From Eledone cirrhosa (Eukaryota): a stretch of DNA of 64,000 nucleotides. The translations under genes and the position numbers were made by a program. Below are positions 12,569-25,200 of the stretch, piece by piece; position 1 is the first letter of the stretch; each line of letters begins with the position of its first letter. The notes beneath the pieces are model-generated. The model made no database searches, had not been told where the DNA came from, and saw only the letters and a list, made by a program, of their open reading frames with translations. The stretch is taken from contig OZ024744.1 in NCBI GenBank assembly GCA_964016885.1, positions 27,962,001 through 28,026,000 on the forward strand, written 5' to 3'.

Positions 12569-15500
12569 CGCTATTATCACTGTTATTGTCACTGTTGTTT
12601 TTGTTGTTGTCGCTGTTATCACTGTTATTTTCATTGTTTTTGTTGTTGTTCTCGCATTTATCACTGTTATTGTCAGTGCTGTTGTTGTTGTTCTCGCTGT
12701 TATCACTGTTGTCGTCACTGTTGTTGTTGTTGTCGCTGTTATAACTGTTATTGTCATTGTTGTTGTTGTCGCTGTTATCACTGTTATTGACACTGTTGTT
12801 GCTGTTGTTCTCGCTGTTATCACTGTTATTGTCACTGTTGTTGTTGTTGTTCTCGCTGTTACCACTGTTATTGTCAATGTTGTTGTTGTCGCTGTTATAA
12901 CTGTTATTGTCACTGTTGTTGTTGTTGTTGTCGCTGTTATAACTCTTATTGTCACTGTTGTTGTTGTTGTTGTCATTGTTATCACTGTTATTGTCATTAT
13001 TGTTATTGTCACTGTTGTTGTTGTTGTTCTCGCTGTTATCACTGTTGTCGTCACTGTTGTTGTTGTTGTCGCTGTTATAACTGTTATTGTCGCTGTTATA
13101 ACTGTTATTGTCATTGTTGTTGTTGTCGCTGTTATCACTGTTATTGACACTGTTGTTGCTGTTGTTCTCGCTGTTATCACTGTTATTGTCACTGTTGTTG
13201 TTGTTGTTCTCGCTGTTACCACTGTTATTGTCAATGTTGTTGTTGTCGCTTTTATAACTGTTATTGTCACTGTTGTTATTGTTGTTGTCGCTGTTATAAC
13301 TGTTATTATCACTGTTGTTGTTGTTGTTCTCGCTGTTATCACTGTTATTGTCATTGTTGTTGTTGTCGCTGTTATCACTGTTATTGTCATTGTTGTTGTT
13401 GTCGCTGTTATCACTGTTATTGTCACTGTTGTTGTTGTTCTCGCTGTTATCACTGTTATTGTCACTGTTGTTGTTCTTCTCGCTGTTATCACTGTTATTG
13501 TCATTGTTGTTGTTGTTGTGTTCGCTGTTATAACTGTTATTGTCATTGTTGTTGTTGTTGTCGCTGTTATCACTGTTATTGTCACTGTTGTTGTTGTCGC
13601 TGGTATAACTGTTATTGTCACTGTTGTTTTTGTTGTTGTCGCTGTTATCACTGTTATTGTAACTGTTGTTGTTGTCGCTGTTATAACTGTTATTGTCATT
13701 GTTGTTGTTGTTGTCACTGTTATCACTGTTATTGTCACCGTTGTTGTTGTCGCTGTTATCACTGTTATTTTCATTGTTGTTGTTGTCGCTGTTATCACTG
13801 TTATTTTCACTGTTGTTGTTGTTGTTGTCGCTGTTATCACTGTTATTGTCACTGTTGTTGTTGTTGTTGTCGATTTTATCACTGTTATTGTCACTGTTGT
13901 TGTTGTTGTTGTCGCTGTCATAACTGTTCTTTTCACTGTTGTTGTTGTTGTCGCTGTTATAACTGTTATTGTCACTGTTGTTATCGCTGTTATAACTCTT
14001 ATTGTCACTGTTGTTGTTGTTGTCGCTGTTATCACTGTTATTGTCACAGTTGTTGTTGTCGCTGTTGTCATTGTTATTGTCATTGTCGTTGTTGTCGCTT
14101 TTATAACTGTTATTGTCATTGTAGTTGTTGTTGTCGCTGTTATAACTGTTATTGTCACTGTTGTTGTTGTTGCTGTCGGTGTTATAACTGTTATTGTCAC
14201 TGTTGTTGTTGTTGTTGTCGCTGTTATCACTGTTATTGTCATTGTTGTTGTTGTCGCTGTTATCACTGTTATTGTCATTGTTGTTGTTGTCGCTGTTATC
14301 ACTGTTATTGTCACTGTTGTTGTTGTTCTCGCTGTTATCACTGTTATTGTCACTGTTGTTGTTCTTCTCGCTGTTATCACTGTTATTGTCATTGTTGTTG
14401 TTGTTGTGTTCGCTGTTATAACTGTTATTGTCATTGTTGTTGTTGTTGTTGTTGTTGTCGCTGTTATCACTGTTATTGTCACTGTTGTTGTTGTCGCTGG
14501 TATAACTGTTATTGTCACTGTTGTTTTTGTTGTTGTCGCTGTTATCACTGTTATTGTCACTGTTGTTGTTGTCGCTGTTATAACTGTTATTGTCACTGTT
14601 GTTGTTGTTGTTGTCACTGTTATCACTGTTAATGTCACTGTTGTTGTTGTTCTCGATGTTATCACTGTTATTGTCATTGTTGTTGTTGTCGCTGTTATCA
14701 CTGTTATTGTCACTGTTGCTGTTGTTGTCGCTGTTATCTCTGTTATTGTCATTGTTGTTGTCGCTGTTATAACTGTTATTGTCATTGTTGTTGTTGTCGC
14801 TGTTATCACTGTTATTGTCACTGTTGCTGTTGTTCTCGCTGTTATCACTGTTATTTTCATTGTTGTTGTTGTCGCTGTTATCACTGTTATTGTCACTGTT
14901 GTTGTTGTTGTCGTTGTTATCACTGTTATTTTCACTGTAGTTGTTGTTGTCACTGTTATAAATGTTATTGTCACTGTTGTCATTGTTGTCGCTGTTATCA
15001 CTGTTATTGTCACTGTTGCTGTTGTTGTCGCTGTTATCTCTGTTATTGTCATTGTTGTTGTCGCTGTTATAACTGTTATTGTCATTGTTGTTGTTGTCGC
15101 TGTTATCACTGTTATTGTCACTGTTGCTGTTGTTCTCGCTGTTATCACTGTTATTTTCATTGTTGTTGTTGTCGCTGTTATCACTGTTATTGTCACTGTT
15201 GTTGTTGTTGTTGTCGCTGTTATCACTGTTATTGTCACTGTTGTAGTTGTTGTCGCTGTTATAACTGTTATTGTCACTGTTGTTTTTGTTGCTGTCGCTG
15301 TTATCACTGTTATTGTCATTGTTGTTGTTGTTGTGGCTGTTATCACTGTTATTGTCACTGTTGTTGTCGCTGTTATCACTGTTATTTTCATTGTTGTTGT
15401 TGTTGTTCTCTCTGTTATCACTGTTATTGTCACTGTTATTGTCACTGTTGTTGTTGTTCTCGCTGTTATAATTGTCATTGTGACTGTTGTTGTTGTCGCT

Positions 15501-17855
15501 GTTATAACTGTTATTGTCATTGTTGTTGTTGTTGTCGCTGTTATCACTGTTATTAACACTGTTGTTGTTGTTGTTCTCGCTGTTATCACTGTTATTGTCA
15601 CTGTTGTTGTTGTTGTCGCTGTTATAAATGTTATTGTCACTATTGCTTTTGTTGTTGTCGCTCTTATCACTCTTATTGTCATTGCTGTTGTTGTTCTCGG
15701 TGCTATCCCTGTTATTGTCATTGTTGTTGTTGTTGTACTCGCTGTTATCACTGTTATTGTCATTGTTGTTGTTGTTGTCGCTGTTATCACTGTTATTGTC
15801 ACTGTTTTTGTTGTTGTCGCTATTATCACTGTTATTGTCACTGTTGTTTTTGTTGTTGTCGCTGTTATCACTGTTATTTTCATTGTTTTTGTTGTTGTTC
15901 TCGCATTTATCACTGTTATTGTCAGTGTTGTTGTTGTTGTTCTCGCTGTTATCACTGTTGTCGTCACTGTTGTTGTTGTTGTCGCTGTTATAACTGTTAT
16001 TGTCATTGTTGTTGTTGTCGCTGTTATCACTGTTATTGACACTGTTGTTGCTGTTGTTCTCGCTGTTATCAGTGTTATTGTCACTGTTGTTGTTGTTGTT
16101 CTCGCTGTTACCACTGTTATTGTCAATGTTGTTGTTGTCGCTGTTATAACTGTTATTGTCACTGTTGTTGTTGTTGTTGTCGCTGTTATAACTCTTATTG
16201 TCACTGTTGTTGTTGTTGTTGTCATTGTTATCACTGTTATTGTCATTATTGTTATTGTCACTGTTGTTGTTGTTGTTCTCGCTGTTATCACTGTTGTCGT
16301 CACTGTTGTTGCTGTTGTCGCTGTTATAACTGTTATTGTCGCTGTTATAACTGTTATTGTCATTGTTGTTGTTGTCGCTGTTATTACTGTTATTGACACT
16401 GTTGTTGCTGTTGTTCTCGCTGTTATCACTGTTATTGTCACTGTTGTTGTTGTTGTTCTCGCTGTTACCACTGTTATTGTCAATGTTGTTGTTGTCGCTG
16501 TTATAACTGTTATTGTCACTGTTGTTATTGTTGTTGTCGCTGTTATAACTGTTATTGTTACTGTTGTTGTTGTTGTTCTCGCTGTTATCACTGTTATTGT
16601 CATTGTTGTTGTTGTCGCTGTTATCACTGTTATTGTCATTGTTGTTGTTGTCGCTGTTATCACTGTTATTGTCACTGTTGTTGTTGTTCTCGCTGTTATC
16701 ACTGTTATTGTCACTGTTGTTGTTCTTCTCGCTGTTATCACTGTTATTGTCATTGTTGTTGTTGTTGTGTTCGCTGTTATAACTGTTATTGTCATTGTTG
16801 TTGTTGTTGTCGCTGTTATCACTGTTATTGTCACTGTTGTTGTTGTCGCTGGTATAACTGTTATTGTCACTGTTGTTTTTGTTGTTGTCGCTGTTATCAC
16901 TGTTATTGTAACTGTTGTTGTTGTCGCTGTTATAACTGTTATTGTCATTGTTGTTGTTGTTGTCACTGTTATCACTGTTATTGTCACCGTTGTTGTTGTC
17001 GCTGTTATCACTGTTATTTTCATTGTTGTTGTTGTCGCTGTTATCACTGTTATTTTCACTGTTGTTGTTGTTGTTGTCGCTGTTATCACTGTTATTGTCA
17101 CTGTTGTTGTTGTTGTTGTCGATTTTATCACTGTTATTGTCACTGTTGTTGTTGTTGTTGTCGCTGTCATAACTGTTCTTTTCACTGTTGTTGTTGTTGT
17201 CGCTGTTATAACTGTTATTGTCACTGTTGTTATCGCTGTTATAACTCTTATTGTCACTGTTGTTGTTGTTGTCGCTGTTATCACTGTTATTGTCACAGTT
17301 GTTGTTGTCGCTGTTGTCATTGTTATTGTCATTGTCGTTGTTGTCGCTTTTATAACTGTTATTGTCATTGTAGTTGTTGTTGTCGCTGTTATAACTGTTA
17401 TTGTCACTGTTGTTGTTGTTGCTGTCGGTGTTATAACTGTTATTGTCACTGTTGTTGTTGTTGTTGTCGCTGTTATCACTGTTATTGTCATTGTTGTTGT
17501 TGTCGCTGTTATCACTGTTATTGTCATTGTTGTTGTTGTCGCTGTTATCACTGTTATTGTCACTGTTGTTGTTGTTCTCGCTGTTATCACTGTTATTGTC
17601 ACTGTTGTTGTTCTTCTCGCTGTTATCACTGTTATTGTCATTGTTGTTGTTGTTGTGTTCGCTGTTATAACTGTTATTGTCATTGTTGTTGTTGTTGTTG
17701 TTGTTGTCGCTGTTATCACTGTTATTGTCACTGTTGTTGTTGTCGCTGGTATAACTGTTATTGTCACTGTTGTTTTTGTTGTTGTCGCTGTTATCACTGT
17801 TATTGTCACTGTTGTTGTTGTCGCTGTTATAACTGTTATTGTCACTGTTGTTGTT
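11210..17855. repeat. Tandem higher-order repeat, 3249-bp period, about 2 copies (also seen as 1-1348 vs 3250-4597)
   Basis: Constant 3249 offsets: 11341/14590, 12022/15271, 12379/15628, 13693/16942, 14194/17443, and 435/3684, 936/4185. Confidence 0.9.
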
Positions 17856-19260
17856 TTCACTGTTATCACTCTTATTGTCACTGTTGTTGTTGTTCTCGCT
17901 GTTATCACTGTTATTGTCACTGTTGCTGTTGTTGTCGCTGTTATAACTGTTACTGTCATTGTTGTTGTTGTCGCTGTTATCATTGTTATTTTCATTGTTG
18001 TTGTTGTCGCTGTTATCACTGTTATTGTCACTGTTGTTGTTGTTGTCGCTGTTATCACTGTTATTGTCACTGTTGTTGTTGTTGTTGTCGCTGTCATAAC
18101 TGTTATTGTCACTGTTGTTGTTATCGCTGTTATAACTGTTATTGTCATTGTTGTTGTTGTCGCTGTTATCACTGTTATTGTCACTGTTGTTGTTGTCGCT
18201 GTTATCACTGTTATTGTCACTGTTGCTGTTGTTGTAGCTGTTATCACTGCTATTGTCATTGTTGTTGTTGTTGTCGCTGTTATCACTGTGATTGTCATTG
18301 TTGTTGTTGTTGTTCTCGCTGTTATCACCGTTATTGTCACTGTTGTTGTCGCTGTTATCACTGTTATTGTCACTGTTGTTATTGTTGTTGTTGCTGTTAT
18401 CACTGTTATTGTCACTGTTGTAGTTGTTGTCGCTGTTATAACTGTTATTGTCACTGTTATAACTGTTATTGCCACTGTTGTTGTTGTTGTTGTTGTCGCT
18501 GTTATCACTGTTATTGTCATTGTTGCTGTTGTACTCGCTGTTATCACTGTTATTGTTGTTGTTGTAGTGGCTGTTATCACTGTTATTGTCACTGTTGTTG
18601 TCGCTGTTATCACTGTTATTTTCATTGTTGTTGTTGTTGTTCTCTCTGTTATCACTGTTATTGTCACTGTTATTGTCACTGTTGTTGTTGTTCTCGCTGT
18701 TATAACTGTTATTGTGACTGTTGTTGTTGTCGCTGTTATAACTGTTATTGTCATTGTTGTTGTTGTTGTCGCTGTTATCACTGTTATTAACACTGTTGTT
18801 GTTGTTGTTCTCGCTGTTATCACTGTTATTGTCACTGTTGTTGTTGTTGTCGCTGTTATAACTGTTATTGTCACTTTTGTTGTTGCTGTTGTCGCTGTCA
18901 TAACTCTTATTGTCACTGTTGTTGTTGTCGTTGTTATCACTGTTATTGTCATTAATGTTGTTCTCGCTCTTATCACTGGTATTGACACTGTTGTTGTTGT
19001 TGTTGTCGCTGTTATAACTGTTATTGTCTCTGTTGATGTTGTTGTTGTCGCTGTTATAACTGTTATTGTCACTGTTGTTGTTGTCGCTATTATAACTCTT
19101 ATTGTGACTGTTGTTGTTGTCGTCGTTGTTATCACTGTTATTGTCATTATTGTTGTTGTCGCTGTTATGACTGTTATTGTCATTGTTGTTGTTGTCGCTG
19201 TTATCACTGTTATTGTCACTGTTGTTGTTGTTGTTCTCGCTGTTACCACTGTTATTGTCA
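13259..19260. repeat. Segmental duplication copy B (partner at 1-6038)
   Basis: Same order of rare variants as copy A. Differences seen are one missing monomer near 17918 and a C>A change at ~14656 (ctcgatgtt vs ctcgctgtt). Confidence 0.9.
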
Positions 19261-22200
19261 ATGTTGTGGTTGTTGTAGCTGTTAGAACTGTTATTGTCAC
19301 TGTTGTTGTTGTTGTCGCTGTTATAACTCTTATTGTCACTGTTGTTGTTGTTGTTGTCGTTGTTATCACTGTTATTGTCATTATTGTTATTGTCACTGTT
19401 GTTGTTGTTGTTCTCGCTGTTATCACTGTTGTCGTCACTGTTGTTGTTGTTGTCGCTGTTATAACTGTTATTGTCGCTGTTATAACTGTTATTGTCATTG
19501 TTGTTGTCGTCGCTGTTATCACTGTTATTGTCACTGTTGTTGTTCTCGCTGTTATAACTGTTATTCTCACTGTTGTTGTTGTTCTCGCTGTTATCACTGG
19601 TATTGACACTGTTGTTGTTTTTATTGTAGTGGCTGTTATCACTGTTATTGTCACTGTTGTTGTCGCTGTTATCACTGTTATTTTCATTGTTGTTGTTGTT
19701 GTTCTCTCTGTTATCACTGTTATTGTCACTGTTGTTGTTGTTCTCGCTGTTATAACTCTTATTGTGACTGTTGTTGTTGTCGCTGTTATAACTGTTATTG
19801 TCATTGTTGTTGTTGTTGTCTCTGTTATCACTGTTATTAACACTGTTGTTGTTGTTGTTCTCGCTGTTATCACTGTTATTGTCACTGTTGTTGTTGTTGT
19901 CGCTGTTATAACTGTTATTGTCACTTTTGTTGTTGCTGTTGTCGCTGTCATAACTCTTATTGTCACTGTTGTTGTTGTCGTTGTTATCACTGTTATTGTC
20001 ATTAATGTTGTTCTCGCTGTTATCACTGGTATTGACACTGTTGTTGTTGTTGTTGTCGCTGTTATAACTGTTATTGTCTCTGTTGAAGTTGTTGTTGTCG
20101 CTGTTATAACTGTTATTGTCACTGTTGTTGTTGTCGCTATTATAACTCTTATAGTCACTGTTGTTGTTGTCGTCGTTGTTATCACTGTTATTGTCATTAT
20201 TGTTGTTGTCGCTGTTATTACTGTTATTGTCATTGTTGTTGTTGTTGTCGCTGTTATCACTGTTATTGTCGCTGTTGTTGTTGTCGCTGTTATAACTGTT
20301 ATTGTCACTATTGCTTTTGTTGTCGCTCTTATCACTCTTATTGTCATTGTTTTTGTTGTTCTCGCTGCTATCCCTGTTATTGTCATTGTTGTTGTTGTTG
20401 TACTCGCTGTTATCACTGTTATTGTCATTGTTGTTGTTGTTGTCGCTGTTATCACTGTTATTGTCACTGTTTTTGTTGTTGTCGCTATTATCACTGTTAT
20501 TGTTACTGTTGTTTTTGTTGTTGTCGCTGTTATCACTGTTATTTTCATTGTTTTTGTTGTTGTTCTCGCATTTATCACTGTTATTGTCAGTGTTGTTGTT
20601 CTTGTTCTCGCTGTTATCACCGTCGTCGTCACTGTTGTTGTTGTTGTCGCTGTTATAACTCTTATTGTCACTGTTGTTGTTGTCGCTGTTATCACTGTTA
20701 TTGTCACTGTTGTTGCTCTCGCTGTTATAACTGTTATTCTCACTGTTGTTGTTCTGGCTGTTATCACTGGTATTGACACTGTTGTTGTTTTTATTGTCGC
20801 TGTTAGAACTGTTATTGTCACTGTCGTTATTGTTGTTGTCGCTGTTATAACTGTTATTGTCACTGTTGTTGTTGTTCTCGCTGTTATCACTGTTATTGTC
20901 ATTGTTGTTGTTGTCGCTGTTATCACTGTTATTGTCATTGTTGTTGTTGTCGCTGTTATCACTGTTAGTCACTGTTGTTGTTGTTCTCGCTGTTATCACT
21001 GTTATTGTCACTGTTGTTCTTCTCGCTGTTATCTTCTGTTATTGTCATTGTTGTTGCTGTTGTGTTCGCTGTTATAACTGTTATTGTCATTGTTGTTGTT
21101 GTTGTTGTTGTCGCTGTTATCACTGTTATTGTCACTGTTGTTGTTGTCGCTGGTATAACTGTTATTGTCACTGTTGTTTTTGTTGTTGTCGCTGTTATCA
21201 CTGTTATTGTCACTGTTGTTGTTGTCGCTGTTATAACTGTTATTGTCACTGTTGTTGTTGTTGTCACTGTTATCACTGTTATTGTCACTGTTGTTGTTGT
21301 TCTCGCTGTTATCACTGTTATTGTCATTGTTGTTGTTGTCGCTGTTATCACTGTTATTGTCACTGTTGCTGTTGTTGTCGCTGTAATCTCTGTTATTGTC
21401 ATTGTTGTTGTCGCTGTTATAACTGTTATTGTCATTGTTGTTGTTGTTGTTGTTGCTGTTATAACTGTTACTGTCACTGTTGTTGTTGTTGTCGCTGTTA
21501 TCACTGTTATTTTCATTGTTGTTGTTGTCGCTGTTATCACTGTTATTGTCACTGTTGTTGTTGTTGTTGTCGTCGCTGTTATCACTGTTATTGTCACTGT
21601 TGTTGTTGTTGTCACTGTTATAAATGTTATTGTCACTGTTGTCGTTGTTGTCGCTGTTATCACTGCTATTGTCACTGTTGTTGTTGTTGTCGCTGTCATA
21701 ACTGTTCTTTTCACTGTTGTTGTTGTTTTTGTTGTTCTCGCTGTTATCACTGTTATTGTCACTGTTGTTGTCGCTGTTATCACTGTTATTGTCACTGTTG
21801 TTATTTTTGTTGTTGCTGTTATCACTGTTATTGTCACCGTTGTAGTTGTTGTCGCTGTTATAACTGTTATTGTCACTGTTGTTGTTGTTGTTCTCTCTGT
21901 TATCACTGTTATTGTCACTGTTATTTTCACTGTTGTTGTTGTTCTCGCTGTTATAACTGTTATTGTCTCTGTTGATGTTGTTGTTGTCGCTGTTATAACT
22001 GTTATTGTCACTGTTGTTGTTGTCGCTATTATAACTCTTATTGTCACTGTTGTTGTTGTCGTCGTTGTTATCACTGTTATTGTCATTATTGTTGTTGTCG
22101 CTGTTATTACTGTTATTGTCATTGTTGTTGTTGTTGTCGCTGTTATCACTATTATTGTCGCTGTTGTTGTTGTCGCTGTTATAACTGTTATTGTCACTAT

Positions 22201-25200
22201 TGCTTTTGTTGTCGCTCTTAAAACTCTTATTGTCATTGTTGTTGTTGTTCTCGCTGCTATCCCTGTTATTGTCATTGTTGTTGTTGTTGTACTCGCTGTT
22301 ATCACTGTTATTGTCATTGTTGTTGTTGTTGTCGCTGTTATCACTGTTATTGTCACTGTTTTTGTTGTTGTCGCTATTATCACTGTTATTGTCACTGTTG
22401 TTTTTGTTGTTGTCGCTCTTATCACTGTTATTTTCATTGTTTTTGTTGTTGTTCTCGCTGCTATCCCTGTTATTGTCATTGTTGTTGTTGTTGTACTCGC
22501 TGTTATCACTGTTATTGTCATTGTTGTTCTTGTTCTCGCTGTTATCACTGTCGTCGTCACTGTTGTTGTTGTTGTCGCTGTTATAACTGTTACTGTGACT
22601 GTTGTTGTTGTTGTTGTTGTTGTCGCTGTTATAACTGTTATTGTCATTGTTGTTGTTGTCGCTGTTATCACTGTTATTGACACTGTTGTTGCTGTTGTTC
22701 TCGCTGTTATCACTGTTATTGTCACTGTTGTTGTTGTTCTCGCTGTTACCACTGTTATTGTCAATGTTGTTGTTGTTGTCGCTGTTATAACTGTTATTGT
22801 CACTGTTGTTGTTGTTGTCGCTGTTATAACTCTTATTGTCACTGTTGTTGATGTTGTTGTCGTTGTTATCACTGTTATTGTCATTATTGTTATTGTCGCT
22901 GTTATCACTGTTATTGTCATTGTTGTTGTTGTTGTTGTCGCTGTTATCACTGTTATTGTCACTGTTGTTGTTGTTGTCGCTTCTATAACTGTTATTGTCA
23001 CTATTGCTGTTGTTGTTGTCGCTGTTATCACTCTTATTGTCATTGTTGTTGTTGTCGCTGTTATCACTTTTATTGTCACTGTTGTTGTTCTCGCTGTTAT
23101 AACTGTTATTCTCACTGTTGTTGTTCTCGCTGTTATCAATGGTATTTACACTGTTGTTGTTTTTATTGTCGCTGTTAGAACTGTTATTGTCACTGTTGTT
23201 ATTGTTGTTGTCGCTGTTATAACTGTTATTGTCACTGTTGTTGTTGTTGTTGTCGCTGTTATCACTGTTATTGTCATTGTTGTTGTTGTCGCTGTTATCA
23301 CTGTTATTGTCATTGTTGTTGTTGTCGCTGTTATCACTGTTATTGTCACTGTTGTTGTTGTTCTCGCTGTTATCACTGTTATTGTCACTGTTGTTGTTCT
23401 TCTCGCTGTTATCACTGTTATTGTCATTGTTGTTGTTGTTGTGTTCGCTGTTATAACTGTTATTGTCATTGTTGTTGTTGTTGTTGTTGTTGTCGCTGTT
23501 ATCACTGTTATTGTCACTGTTGTTGTTGTCGCTGGTATAACTGTTATTGTCACTGTTATTTTTGTTGTTGTCGCTGTTATCACTGTTATTCTCACTGTTG
23601 TTGTTGTCGCTGTTATAACTGTTATTGTCACTGTTGTTGTTTTCACTGTTATCACTCTTATTGTCACTGTTGTTGTTGTTCTCGCTGTTATCACTGTTAT
23701 TGTCATTGTTGTTGTTGTCGCTGTTATCACTGTTATTGTCACTGTTGCTGTTGTTGTCGCTGTTATAACTGTTACTGTCATTGTTGTTGTTGTCGCTGTT
23801 ATCATTGTTATTTTCATTGTTGTTGTTGTCGCTGTTATCACTGTTATTGTCACTGTTGTTGTTGTTGTCGCTGTTATCACTGTTATTGTCACTGTTGTTG
23901 TTGTTGTTGTTGTCGCTGTCATAACTGTTATTGTCACTGTTGTTGTTTTCGCTGGTATAACTGTTATTGTCACTGTTGTTTTTGTTGCTGTCGCTGTTAT
24001 CACTGTTATTGTCACTGTTGTTGTTGTCGCTGTTATAACTGTTATTGTCACTGTTGTTGTTGTTGTCACTGTTATCACTGTTATTGTCACTGTTGTTGTT
24101 GTTCTCGCTGTTATCACTGTTATTGTCATTGTTGTTGTTGTCGCTGTTATCACTGTTATTGTCACTGTTGCTGTTGTTGTCGCTGTTACCTCTGTTATTG
24201 TCATTGTTGTTGTCGCTGTTATAACTGTTATTGTCATTGTTGTTGTTGTTGTTGTTGCTGTTATAACTGTTACTGTCACTGTTGTTGTTGTTGTCGCTGT
24301 TATCTCTGTTATTGTCACTGTTGTTGTTGTTGTTGTCGCTGTTATCACTGTTATTGTCACTGTTGTTGTTGTTGTCACTGTTATAAATGTTATTGTCACT
24401 GTTGTCGTTGTTGTCGCTGTTATCACTGTTATTGTCACTGTTGTTGTTGTCGCTGTCATAACTGTTCTTTTCACTGTTGTTGTTGTTGTTGTTCTCGCTG
24501 TTATCACTGTTATTGTCACTGTTGTTGTCGCTGTTATCACTGTTATTGTCACTGTTGTTACTGTTGTTGTTGCAGTTATCACTGTTATTGTCACTGGTGT
24601 AGTTGTTGTCGCTGTTATAACTGTTATTGTCACTGCTGTTGTTGTTGTTCTCTCTGTTATCACTGTTATTGTCACTGTTATTTTCACTGTTGTTGTTGTT
24701 CTCGCTGTTATAACTGTTATTGTGACTGTTGTTGTTGTCTCTGTTATAACTGTTATTGTCATTGTTGTTGTTGTTGTCGCTGTTATCACTGTTATTAACA
24801 CTGTTGTTGTTGTTGTTCTCGCTGTTATCACTGTTATTGTCACTGTTGTTGTTGTCGCTGTTATAACTGTTATTGTCACTGTTGTTGTTGCTGTTGTCGC
24901 TGTCATAACTCTTATTGTCACTGTTGTTGTTGTTGTCGTTGTTATCACTGTTATTGTCATTTTTGTTGTTCTCGCTGTTATCACTGGTATTGACACTGTT
25001 GTTGTTGTTGTCGCTGTTATAACTGTTATTGTCTCTGTTGATGTTGTTTTTGTCGCTGTTATAACTGTTATTGTCACTGTTGTTGTTGTCGCTGTTATAA
25101 CTCTTAATGTCACTGTTGTTGTTGTTGTCGTCGTTGATATCACTGTTATTGTCATTATTGTTGTTGTCGCTGTTATCACTGTTATTGTCATTGTTGTTGT

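Noticed and set aside
20857-21975. Cys/His/Tyr-rich translations resembling metallothionein or keratin-associated proteins
   Set aside because: This is the TGT frame of (GTT)n, entered only through frameshifts, with no independent coding evidence.
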